From positions 1 to 64,000 of the IMG/VR virus record IMGVR_UViG_3300035670_000143: a stretch of 64,000 nt of DNA; one strand, written 5' to 3'. Shown in pieces: positions 30,358 to 39,117 of the stretch. The stretch's first letter is position 1. The number at the start of each line of letters is the position of its first letter. The DNA is from a virus. The translations under genes were made by a program, and so were the position numbers. The notes beneath the pieces were generated by a model that was given only the letters and a program-made list of their open reading frames with translations, had not been told where the DNA came from and did no database searches.

Positions 30358-31490
30358 ATAATTTTATTTTATTAAAAAGAAATTTAGATTTTGACTATAA
30401 TGATTATTTTCCCAACACAATTTTTGTATGCGATCTCCCTGGTGTTCTGTCTAATTTAACTCTATTGAAACCCAATGATGAATTTGATATTGAAGATATA
30501 TCTGATTTAGCAATTAATTTATTTGATGCAAAGATTGGTAATATTCTTCTTATGAAAGAATATATTGAAAATAATAGTAATTTAACTGTTGAGTACCCAT
30601 TAGATATTGACGTAGATGATATTGAAATATTTAGTGTTGTAATTCCTCCATTTGATGAACTAACCGGCCATGTAGATAAATACACTCAACCATATAATTC
30701 ATGGGTGTGGGATAAAGATGCTGGACATTGGAAACCACCAGTGCAAAAGCCAAATTTAGATCTTTCTATGAGGTTGAAATGGGATGAGTCATGGACTGAT
30801 TGGAAAGTTAGTTTTGGATCACAAAATATTGATCGTAAAAAAAGAGCCTTTCAACTATGGCTGTCTGCTGAAGCAGACGGATCAAGTATGTTTTTAAACG
30901 CTTGCTCAACAAGAGATTACATGATTAAACCATTTGAAAATATAACTCATGGGACTAGAGATATTGAAAACTTAATAAAAAAATATAATGATCTAGTAGC
31001 AGAAAATTCAGATTATGTGAGGCCGTATATGTCAATACGTAGTCATATAGTTGTTATAGATCTATCGCCAATTGCTATAATCACATATTCCGAATGCCAT
31101 GATGATGCAGTAGATATGTTTAATGAGTTGTATTCAATGCACCCTCAGTTTTTTGCTAGAACCTCGCAGGAACTATTCAGGCTTATTATTGAATGGGCAT
31201 ATTCTCATACACATCTTAATAATCAAGAACTGACAGCAGTTAGTTGTTTTAATATTTTAAAGGCAGTCCAGATGCCAAAAACAATTCGAGATGGGTTAAT
31301 TGCAATGCAACCGCAGCAAGTCGGAAAGTTTTTAGAGGGTTCTGATTTAGCCCTTGTTGAGGAAGATGAAGATCCTGAATCACCAGCCGGGTTTGATAGA
31401 TGGATCAATAAACTTTATCAGCATTACTGCCATCTCAAACCAGGTCAGGAAAGTCATATTGATATCCTGCCTGATAGTTATCCTATGTGA
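30354..31490 (+). CDS. Hypothetical protein with a tail-fibre-assembly-like motif
   Basis: QPYNSWVWD....WKPPV.KP..WDE...W. Confidence 0.5.
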   Translation: MNNFILLKRNLDFDYNDYFPNTIFVCDLPGVLSNLTLLKPNDEFDIEDISDLAINLFDAKIGNILLMKEYIENNSNLTVEYPLDIDVDDIEIFSVVIPPFDELTGHVDKYTQPYNSWVWDKDAGHWKPPVQKPNLDLSMRLKWDESWTDWKVSFGSQNIDRKKRAFQLWLSAEADGSSMFLNACSTRDYMIKPFENITHGTRDIENLIKKYNDLVAENSDYVRPYMSIRSHIVVIDLSPIAIITYSECHDDAVDMFNELYSMHPQFFARTSQELFRLIIEWAYSHTHLNNQELTAVSCFNILKAVQMPKTIRDGLIAMQPQQVGKFLEGSDLALVEEDEDPESPAGFDRWINKLYQHYCHLKPGQESHIDILPDSYPM

Positions 31491-31504
31491 TATAATATTA
31501 TCCT

Positions 31505-31678
31505 ATGGAAGAATTAGATATACAGTTATTAATATCATGTTACAACGATAAAATGGGTAAATTGATAAATGAACTCGTTGTCAAAGAAGCGGTTATTAAA
31601 CAACTTGAGAGAAAAGTACAAGCTCTCATGGCTGCAAGTAAGCCTCATAAATTAGCGGCTGAAGATTTAGAAGAATAA
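31505..31678 (+). CDS. 57 aa coiled-coil protein (not in the ORF track), probably leaderless
   Basis: MEELDIQLLISCYNDKMGKL..EDLEE*; TGTGATATAAT 31486-31496 upstream. Confidence 0.65.
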   Translation: MEELDIQLLISCYNDKMGKLINELVVKEAVIKQLERKVQALMAASKPHKLAAEDLEE

Positions 31679-31696
31679 TTGAGGTATAATAGTTAA

Positions 31697-32353
31697 ATGG
31701 CTTACGAAAACTATAGGTTTATTTCTTGGACTGACGGAACACCGATATCCAGTGACAGACTCTCACAGATGTCAACAAATATTGAGCAAGTCAAAGATGC
31801 AACAGATGATAGGCCGCAGGGTCTAATTCAAATTAATCAGACAACTTCTGATATCCCTAGTTCTGTCGGATATTCTGATTTTTCAGAGTATGAATTAATT
31901 GCTTTAAAATTTGATTCGCCCTCTGATAGGCGTGTGAGTATAGATGGTAATAGGTATTACAGAGTTAATCTCACATTTCCTGGTTTTGTTATTAAAGGTC
32001 GTGGTGCTGAGGATTCGACATTCTTGATTAAGATATATCAGGGGATCTTTGGGTCAGCTTCGACATTACTTCATACGTGGAAAATAACGCCGCACGTGTT
32101 CTCTTTCTATGATGTTAGTTCAGGAAGTGGAACAACTACTGTTAGTCCAAAGGCTAATGGTTATCCCACCATTATTGGAGCTGGTTCTTATTCAACTGTT
32201 TTGACAACCACATCATCTGGTCTTTCATCTGAGTCTTTCTATGTTTCTTTCAAGAGAGATCAAGGAGCCAGCACAGCAAATGCCCCAGCCTATTACATAC
32301 CAGGTAGTTACAGCACTATACAGTTATATATTGAAGATATTGGCGGTATTTAA
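31697..32353 (+). CDS. Virion/tail-associated protein
   Basis: WTDGTPISSDRLSQM N-terminus, IEDIG C-terminus. Confidence 0.5.
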   Translation: MAYENYRFISWTDGTPISSDRLSQMSTNIEQVKDATDDRPQGLIQINQTTSDIPSSVGYSDFSEYELIALKFDSPSDRRVSIDGNRYYRVNLTFPGFVIKGRGAEDSTFLIKIYQGIFGSASTLLHTWKITPHVFSFYDVSSGSGTTTVSPKANGYPTIIGAGSYSTVLTTTSSGLSSESFYVSFKRDQGASTANAPAYYIPGSYSTIQLYIEDIGGI

Positions 32354-32796
32354 TGTCTGATGGAGGTCTTGCCTCACAAAGAAAGGATGTTAAATGGGTT
32401 GAGTCATCAACAATGGGTGAACTTAATCCTAATTACTCAGGCGGTAAATATATAGACGATAAAGGATATGTTCGTGTCCTGGCTCCTGAGCATCCGTCTA
32501 GCATTAGAGGCTATATATATGAGCATAGGGCTGTCATGGAAGAATATGTTGGTCGTTTTTTAAAACCCTGGGAAAGCGTCCATCATATTAATGAAGTAAA
32601 ATGTGATAATAGAGTGGAAAATTTATTTTTGTGTACAGCGGGTGAGCATAGCGCTATTCATCGTGAAGGCAAAAAGCCTAGCGAAAGCCATAAAGAAAAA
32701 CTTCGCGCCAATATGAGACAGAGAAATAAATTAATGAAGAAGGATTTGCCCAGGTTACAGGGGCAAATTCAAAAAAAAGGTGCAAAAGACCCGTGA
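32353..32796 (+). CDS. HNH endonuclease
   Basis: YEHRAVME..VHHINEVKCDNRVENL..H...H. Confidence 0.85.
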   Translation: MSDGGLASQRKDVKWVESSTMGELNPNYSGGKYIDDKGYVRVLAPEHPSSIRGYIYEHRAVMEEYVGRFLKPWESVHHINEVKCDNRVENLFLCTAGEHSAIHREGKKPSESHKEKLRANMRQRNKLMKKDLPRLQGQIQKKGAKDP

Positions 32797-32826
32797 TCCT
32801 GAAAAAGGTCGGGTATAATAGACCTT

Positions 32827-34005
32827 ATGAATATTTGTGGAGCCGAAGGTTGCTCAGTTGAATTTGAACCTAATTCTTCAAATCAAAAGTACGCAGACCC
32901 TTCTTGTAGAAAAACACTAGACTCTTTAGGTCTGTGCAGATATAGAAAAGAAAATAACCTGGTAGATATGCCAGTCGATATAGAAACGGGTAAAAAAGTG
33001 GAATCCGATGCAGAATTAAGAGTTGCTTACTCTAAATTGCTTCAAGAATACGACAAGCTTAAAACTAAAAGCACTGATCTTTCGACAGCTGTATACCAGG
33101 CTGTCGTTGACACAGTAAAAACGCAAGAGCCAATTGCTTTGTCGCCAACATTTAATATTGTTAAATCAAAAAAAGATTCTAAGAATAAAGAGGTCGCTGT
33201 AGCAATTTTGGCAGATTGGCAGTTGGCAAAAGTAACACCAGATTATAACTCGTCAGTGTGTGAAAAAAGAATTGAAACTTTTGCAAACAAAGTCATTGAT
33301 TTAACGAATATTCAGCGTGCCGATCACCCTGTTGATGAAATAAGAATCTGGGCGTTAGGTGATATTGTTGAGGGGGAATTAATATTCCCAGGCCAGAGTT
33401 TCCTGGTTGATGGTGGTTTATATCGACAAGTAACTGTCGATGGTCCAAGAATCATGCGTAAATTTATTAACACAATGCTTGAAAACTTTAAAAAAGTTAC
33501 ATTTGTTGGTGTTATTGGAAATCATGGTGCTATTGGTGGTAGATCAAGAAGAGATCACGATCCAGAGACAAATGCTGATCGAATGCTTTATCGTATAGTT
33601 GAACTCATGTATGAAAAAGAGAAGAGAATTTCATTCAATATACCAGATGGTTATGGTGAAAGAAATTGGTATGCCATAGATAAGATCGGCAATTACAGTT
33701 CTTTACTACTTCATGGCGATCAGTTCAGCGGTCTTTCTACGATGTACTCGTTCCAGAAAAAAGTATATGGTTGGAAAGTTGGGGCTATAAAAGAACATTT
33801 TGATGATGTCTATTGTGGTCATTTCCACACGCCTACAAAGATGACATTCAATACGGTTCAGTTTAGAATCTCAGGTAGCCCAGAATCTACAAACACCTAT
33901 GCTATGGAGAGTTTGGCCGCTATTGGTCACCCTTCACAGGATTTGATGTTTGTTCACCCTGATAAGGGTATTGTCACAGCCGAATACACATGTTGGCTTG
34001 ACTAG
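32827..34005 (+). CDS. Calcineurin-like metallophosphoesterase with an N-terminal Cys motif
   Basis: ADWQ, LGDIVEG, GNHG, HGD, GHFH motifs. Confidence 0.85.
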   Translation: MNICGAEGCSVEFEPNSSNQKYADPSCRKTLDSLGLCRYRKENNLVDMPVDIETGKKVESDAELRVAYSKLLQEYDKLKTKSTDLSTAVYQAVVDTVKTQEPIALSPTFNIVKSKKDSKNKEVAVAILADWQLAKVTPDYNSSVCEKRIETFANKVIDLTNIQRADHPVDEIRIWALGDIVEGELIFPGQSFLVDGGLYRQVTVDGPRIMRKFINTMLENFKKVTFVGVIGNHGAIGGRSRRDHDPETNADRMLYRIVELMYEKEKRISFNIPDGYGERNWYAIDKIGNYSSLLLHGDQFSGLSTMYSFQKKVYGWKVGAIKEHFDDVYCGHFHTPTKMTFNTVQFRISGSPESTNTYAMESLAAIGHPSQDLMFVHPDKGIVTAEYTCWLD

Positions 34006-34013
34006 GAGGAAAT

Positions 34014-34211
34014 ATGAATAAGTTATATAAAGATATTTTAGAACGAGCAATTTGGACAGCAGCGCAAGCTTTTATTGCTGTTTATACCGTTGGTGGTATT
34101 GACGAATTAAAGTCTGCATTAACTGCAGCAGTTGCTGCTGGTATTAGCGTTGTTAAGGGATTTGCCGCTACCAAGATTGGCGACAAGGAAACTGCTGCTA
34201 CATTGAAATGA
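34014..34211 (+). CDS. Holin (r1t-like)
   Basis: DILERAIWTAAQAF..AAGISVVK. Confidence 0.7.
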   Translation: MNKLYKDILERAIWTAAQAFIAVYTVGGIDELKSALTAAVAAGISVVKGFAATKIGDKETAATLK

Positions 34212-34408
34212 AAGTTATATCTAGTCTCTCTTTTAAATGTTCTCATTGCAAAGGCTACAAATACATTGGTGATGAATATTACGCAATGTCAAAATGGCAC
34301 GTTGATTTAACGTGTATTAATTGTGGTCATTCAAAAGACATTGAGGTGATGGATCTGTATAAATTGTGTTTAAAACTTGGTGATCAAAGTGCAAGAATTA
34401 TTGAATAA
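34208..34408 (+). CDS. Zn-ribbon protein
   Basis: CSHC..CINCG. Confidence 0.65.
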   Translation: MKVISSLSFKCSHCKGYKYIGDEYYAMSKWHVDLTCINCGHSKDIEVMDLYKLCLKLGDQSARIIE

Positions 34409-34838
34409 TAAATTTATACCAAATAAATTATATAAATTTGGTAATAAAATTGTAAAACTTAAAAAAGTTCAAAAAACTAAAAAAATAATAATTGCATTTG
34501 ATGTTGAAACAAATGAAGAAATATCCTTTCATACAGATAATGCAGACCTGGTTCTTCATCGCCTTTATACAATTGGCGAAATATCGAAAATTGTAGAAAG
34601 AAGACCTGATACTATACGCAAGTACGAAAAACGAGGGCTTTTGCCGAAACCTGAATCCTTCGAGGGGTCGGGATCGTATAAAAACTGGAGGCTATATAGC
34701 GCTTCCAACGTCTACGAGATGGTAGAATTCTTCAGCAATAGAACTTCCGGCAGACCAGCGCAGACCAGCAATGGTCTGCCGGATAGAATAAAAACCCTTA
34801 ATCAAAAAGTAAAATTAATCAACAAGAACCTCAAGTAA
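34377..34838 (+). CDS. MerR-like HTH DNA-binding protein
   Basis: YTIGEISKIVERRPDTIRKYEKRGLLP..WRLY; exact start uncertain. Confidence 0.8.
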   Translation: MVIKVQELLNNKFIPNKLYKFGNKIVKLKKVQKTKKIIIAFDVETNEEISFHTDNADLVLHRLYTIGEISKIVERRPDTIRKYEKRGLLPKPESFEGSGSYKNWRLYSASNVYEMVEFFSNRTSGRPAQTSNGLPDRIKTLNQKVKLINKNLK

Positions 34839-34847
34839 GGAGTTATT

Positions 34848-35039
34848 ATGTTAAATGACAAGGCAGAAATCTGGGCTTCAATCGGTATCACCAAAAACCT
34901 TGGCAACTATGAATCACTTAGGCTAGATGCTGGTGGAAAGATTCTTGCTGATGATCTTAATGATCCCGATGCCTGGCAGAAACTTTGGAATTCTTTGGAC
35001 GAACAGATTGAGTCCAAACTTAGAGAACTAGACAAGTGA
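34848..35039 (+). CDS. Conserved phage hypothetical protein
   Basis: GITKNLGNYESLRLD motif; SD AAGGAG. Confidence 0.7.
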   Translation: MLNDKAEIWASIGITKNLGNYESLRLDAGGKILADDLNDPDAWQKLWNSLDEQIESKLRELDK

Positions 35040-35287
35040 GTGATTGGCTTAAGAAAGCAGTTTGTAAAAACGACAAACACCCTGAATACTGGGTATCATA
35101 TAATTTGGAAAAAATTGACTATGCAAAAAATGGGTGCGATAAATGCACAGTTCATATTGAATGCTTTACAAACAGTATTTCTATTGACGATGAACCTGTT
35201 GGTGTTATTGCAGGGTTATCAGAGTTTGAGCGCTTACTTGCTCGCTGGGGGGAGGTGACTGATATAAATGGCTCTAATTGGGAATGA
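35036..35287 (+). CDS. whiB: WhiB-family transcription factor (divergent)
   Basis: W...AVC..C.KC.V..EC..GVIAGLS..ER. Confidence 0.7.
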   Translation: MSDWLKKAVCKNDKHPEYWVSYNLEKIDYAKNGCDKCTVHIECFTNSISIDDEPVGVIAGLSEFERLLARWGEVTDINGSNWE

Positions 35288-35579
35288 TGTTATAGAAGTC
35301 TTTAAGATTTATTGTAAAGAATATAGCAAGTTATTTATACCTGACTCTCCCCGTCAGGATGAAGTTGCAAATAGTCTTGCTCAACACTATGATAGCGACA
35401 CACTACTTGATGCTATCAAGTGGTATATTGAAAAAGAAGATGGCCCTATTCTCATTTTTGACTTTGCTCTGAAATCCAGGGATTATGTTGAAAAGGTTAA
35501 AAAAGAAAAGGCATCAGTGGATAGATTTAAACAGACCGTTGCGGAGACTAGAAAGCTTATAGAAAATAATGAATTATGA
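35268..35579 (+). CDS. Hypothetical protein upstream of the helicase
   Basis: ORF overlapping both neighbours. Confidence 0.6.
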   Translation: MALIGNDVIEVFKIYCKEYSKLFIPDSPRQDEVANSLAQHYDSDTLLDAIKWYIEKEDGPILIFDFALKSRDYVEKVKKEKASVDRFKQTVAETRKLIENNEL

Positions 35580-36789
35580 AATGCGCTTAATTAATTCGAT
35601 TGTTGAAACCGGTGATATGGTGACAGCAGTCAATCAAGGCGTTGATGGTGTATTCTCTGAATATAGAGATATTTGGAACTTTGTTCTTAGTCATTATGAT
35701 AAGCATAATAAAGCACCATCAAAAGATACCATCAAGTCACATTTTTCTGATTTTGAATTTATTAATGCAACTGAGCCTATTGAATATTATATAGATCAAG
35801 CAAAAAAGGAATCGTTATCAATACAGACTCGTCGTATTGTTGCTCAGGCGCATTCTTTACTTGGTGAAATGGGACCAAAAGAGGCACTATCTTTTTTGAT
35901 GGAAAATACGTCAAAGCTCTATAAATATTCTAGCAATCTTAAAGATACAGATCTTGTCAGTGAATGGCGTGATCGCTTCGAAGATTTGAAAGAAAGAGCT
36001 AGTAATCCAGATAAAAATACTCTAGGTATTCCTAGCGGTGTGTCTGTAATTGATAAGGTATTTGGTGGTTGGCAGCCGGGTGATTTTATTGTCTTATTAG
36101 GTTGGACCGGTGTTGGCAAATCGTTTATTGCTAGACTATTCGCTGTAAATGCCTGGCGTGCTGGATATCGCCCAATGATTATCTCATTAGAGATGAATAA
36201 ACAGCAAGAGGGGCAGAGACTTGATACCTTACTAAACAATGGTGAGGGTAACTTTACTAACACAGATTTAGTAAAAGCAAATCCAGGCATTGTTGATCGA
36301 TATGGTCAATGGGCGGAAGTTACGTTTGAAGGTAAACAACCTATTTATTTGATTACATCTGAAGGTCTTGAAACAGCCGACCAGAATATGGTTCAGGCAA
36401 AAATTGATCAGTATCAACCAGATATGGTTATTCTTGATTATCATGGGCTGTTTGATGACTCAACTGGTGCTAAGAACGAAACAGAAAAAGCTAAGAATTT
36501 GTCTAAAGCTTTTAAAAGAATAGCAGTTAAAAACAATGTGCCAATTATTGACGTTGCTGCTGTAACTATGTCTGATGGTCATAGTGAAAGACCACCTGAA
36601 CTTGAAGAAGTTGCTTGGTCAAAGCAGTTGGCTTATGATGCTGATCTTGTTCTTGCTATTCATAGAGAATATAACTCTGATGTTTTTCAAGTTGTGTCTA
36701 GAAAAGTAAGAAGAGCTACGCATTTTGGTTTTTATTTGAAATGGAACCTTGAAACAGGTAAATGGAATGAGGAATGGGATCTTACATGA
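35569..36789 (+). CDS. dnaB: Replicative DNA helicase
   Basis: GWTGVGKS Walker A, SLEM, ILDY, DADLVL. Confidence 0.9.
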   Translation: MNYEMRLINSIVETGDMVTAVNQGVDGVFSEYRDIWNFVLSHYDKHNKAPSKDTIKSHFSDFEFINATEPIEYYIDQAKKESLSIQTRRIVAQAHSLLGEMGPKEALSFLMENTSKLYKYSSNLKDTDLVSEWRDRFEDLKERASNPDKNTLGIPSGVSVIDKVFGGWQPGDFIVLLGWTGVGKSFIARLFAVNAWRAGYRPMIISLEMNKQQEGQRLDTLLNNGEGNFTNTDLVKANPGIVDRYGQWAEVTFEGKQPIYLITSEGLETADQNMVQAKIDQYQPDMVILDYHGLFDDSTGAKNETEKAKNLSKAFKRIAVKNNVPIIDVAAVTMSDGHSERPPELEEVAWSKQLAYDADLVLAIHREYNSDVFQVVSRKVRRATHFGFYLKWNLETGKWNEEWDLT

Positions 36790-36983
36790 AAGTCAAATTA
36801 GATGAAAATGTTATCTATGTTCTAAATGGTATTAGTCGTGATGTAGAAACTATTGCACGGCTAAGACCCTGGATTGAAGATGAAATAAGAAATACATTTG
36901 GTGATTTTTCTTTTACAAAATTATATACTGATTATAAACCAAATAATGAAACATTCGAATACAAAATTGTCTTCTACAAGTAG
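36786..36983 (+). CDS. Hypothetical protein
   Basis: ATGA coupling to the helicase stop. Confidence 0.55.
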   Translation: MKVKLDENVIYVLNGISRDVETIARLRPWIEDEIRNTFGDFSFTKLYTDYKPNNETFEYKIVFYK

Positions 36984-37881
36984 TCTCGAATCGGAAATAA
37001 AAAAACTCTTCTCTGAATATAATGTTATTATACAAACAGAGAGTGGTAAAGAGGCAACTATATACTGCCCTTTTCACAAGAACACGCATAGCCCTGCTTT
37101 CTATATAAATTTAAAAACAGGTTTATGGCAGTGCTTTAATCCATCTTGTGATAAAAGAGGTAACTTTAGACAACTGTATAAACATTTTACAGGTAGATCT
37201 TTTGGTTATCAAAAAGCTCTAGACCCAGTAAATCTTCAACGTGAATTAGAATTAGGTCTTTCTAAAAAAGTTGAAGATAATTTAGACATTGACTCTATTG
37301 AGATTGATTATCATAGCGATGATATTAAAATGCTGGAGTCATTAATTGAAAGAGGGTTCTCCACAGAGACTCTTCAATATCTTGATATAGGTTTTTCCAA
37401 GGTAAAAGATAGAGTCGTCATACCAGTTAGAGATGTCAATTTTAAAGTTGTAGGTCTAATTGGTAGAGCTATACATGATTGGCAAGATCCTAGATACTTG
37501 TATAACAAAGGTTTTAAACGAGCCGATGTTTTGTTCAATATACAGAATGCAAAAAAGTATGATGAGTGTATAGTTGTAGAAGGCAGTCTAGACTGCGCCA
37601 AGGTAGTGCAGTCTGGGTTTAAAAATTGTGTAGCAACTCTTGGAGCTAAAATATCAGAAAATCAATCATCGATGCTCAGAAAATGGTTTGATAGAATAAT
37701 CATATTTTCTGACAATGATGAGGCTGGTCTCGCCATGAGGGATGCTATAATAAAGTCTTGCGAGGGCAAAGACATATACATTATGTCAATACCTGACGGT
37801 CTTAAAGACCCAGGCGAAATGTCTGAGCAGGAAATACAACAATCATATAATAAAAAAATTTCCATTATTGGAGGAAGGTAG
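36946..37881 (+). CDS. dnaG: DNA primase
   Basis: CPFH..CF..C Zn finger; VEGSLD, DNDEAG, KDPG Toprim motifs. Confidence 0.9.
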   Translation: MKHSNTKLSSTSSLESEIKKLFSEYNVIIQTESGKEATIYCPFHKNTHSPAFYINLKTGLWQCFNPSCDKRGNFRQLYKHFTGRSFGYQKALDPVNLQRELELGLSKKVEDNLDIDSIEIDYHSDDIKMLESLIERGFSTETLQYLDIGFSKVKDRVVIPVRDVNFKVVGLIGRAIHDWQDPRYLYNKGFKRADVLFNIQNAKKYDECIVVEGSLDCAKVVQSGFKNCVATLGAKISENQSSMLRKWFDRIIIFSDNDEAGLAMRDAIIKSCEGKDIYIMSIPDGLKDPGEMSEQEIQQSYNKKISIIGGR

Positions 37882-37886
37882 GATAC

Positions 37887-38528
37887 ATGTTTGATTCATT
37901 AAAAACACTAAAAGATTTGGAAAAGAATATTCCAACAAAGGCCGGGGGGGCAGGAGTTAAGAAGTTCTTCTCCATATCTTCCGGTGAAACATTTAAAATT
38001 AGATTCCGTCAGGAATTAACTGAGGATTCTAAGAATTTTGACGAAGATATGGGTACAGCAATTACTGTTCCTGTTGTTACTTCGCCTATCAATTGGAAGT
38101 GGCGTGCTGCTTCTACTGCGGGGCTTGAGAAGTTCAATTATCGTTGTTGGGCAAGTGAGCAGATTTCCAAGGATACTCGTTGGAAGCCGAAGCCTCATTT
38201 GTTGATTAATGTTGCTGTTGAAACTGAGCCTGGTACTTGGGAGCCTCGTATCATTGATACTACGTTTAATCAGCGGCATATTGGTTTAACACTCATTGAA
38301 TATGCTAAGGAGTTTGGAACGATTACTGATCGTTATTACAAGTACAGCCGTACTGGTTCTGGCGCTCAGGATACTAACTACACGCTTATTCCTCTGGACC
38401 AATCACCAATGCCAGACAATATTAGATCATTGCCTACGCATGATCTTAATACTGTTTACATGACGCTTCCTTATGCGAAGCAAGAATCTTTCTTTACCAC
38501 TGGCGAGTTGTCGAAAGACGAGTGGTGA
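37887..38528 (+). CDS. Single-stranded DNA-binding protein (gp32-like)
   Basis: Position after primase; KIRFRQE..YSRTGSG..TNYTLIP; acidic/aromatic C-terminus. Confidence 0.65.
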   Translation: MFDSLKTLKDLEKNIPTKAGGAGVKKFFSISSGETFKIRFRQELTEDSKNFDEDMGTAITVPVVTSPINWKWRAASTAGLEKFNYRCWASEQISKDTRWKPKPHLLINVAVETEPGTWEPRIIDTTFNQRHIGLTLIEYAKEFGTITDRYYKYSRTGSGAQDTNYTLIPLDQSPMPDNIRSLPTHDLNTVYMTLPYAKQESFFTTGELSKDEW

Positions 38529-38538
38529 GAAACTGCGT

Positions 38539-38566
38539 TGCCGGCAGGGAGAGATCCCTGCCGGCA
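38539..38566 (+). terminator. 12 bp perfect GC-rich hairpin with GAGA tetraloop and no U-tract
   Basis: TGCCGGCAGGGA-gaga-TCCCTGCCGGCA. Confidence 0.65.
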
Positions 38567-38577
38567 GGGGCATTACC

Positions 38578-39117
38578 ATGAATAAAAATATATGTCTTGA
38601 TCTTGATGGTGTTATTACTGACATTGGTGCAAGTTTAAAATCTTGTGCTGAAAAAGATCTTATTGACTTTGATGCCTCACATATAGGTGAAGCTTTGCTA
38701 ACACCAGATGGTGTTGATTATCTTGAGTTTATATTTGAAGATCCTCTTTTTTGGAGGAATCTTAAGCCAATTCAAAGTTCATGGCATGCAATCAATGATT
38801 GGTTCATGTCAGGCTATGACATCATATTTGTAACAGCCAGACGTTCCGAAGCATCTATTGGAGAAATAACTCCTTGGCTAGATGGTTGGCGTGTCATGTA
38901 TTCTGATATTATTGTGTGCGATATGGGATATAAGTACGAGCATTTAGTTAAATTAAATCCTATTTTTTACATAGATGACAACCCTTCTGAAATTAAAACC
39001 ATAAACAAAAAGACTAGTATCAATTCATTTGTTATTAAACATTGGTATAATGAACATTTACTTGATAAGTCTACTAACTGGATTAACGACATTTCTCACA
39101 TACAGGTTCAAAAATAG
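38578..39117 (+). CDS. HAD-family 5'(3')-deoxyribonucleotidase-like protein
   Basis: LDLDGV, VTAR, IDDNP, WYN motifs. Confidence 0.8.
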   Translation: MNKNICLDLDGVITDIGASLKSCAEKDLIDFDASHIGEALLTPDGVDYLEFIFEDPLFWRNLKPIQSSWHAINDWFMSGYDIIFVTARRSEASIGEITPWLDGWRVMYSDIIVCDMGYKYEHLVKLNPIFYIDDNPSEIKTINKKTSINSFVIKHWYNEHLLDKSTNWINDISHIQVQK

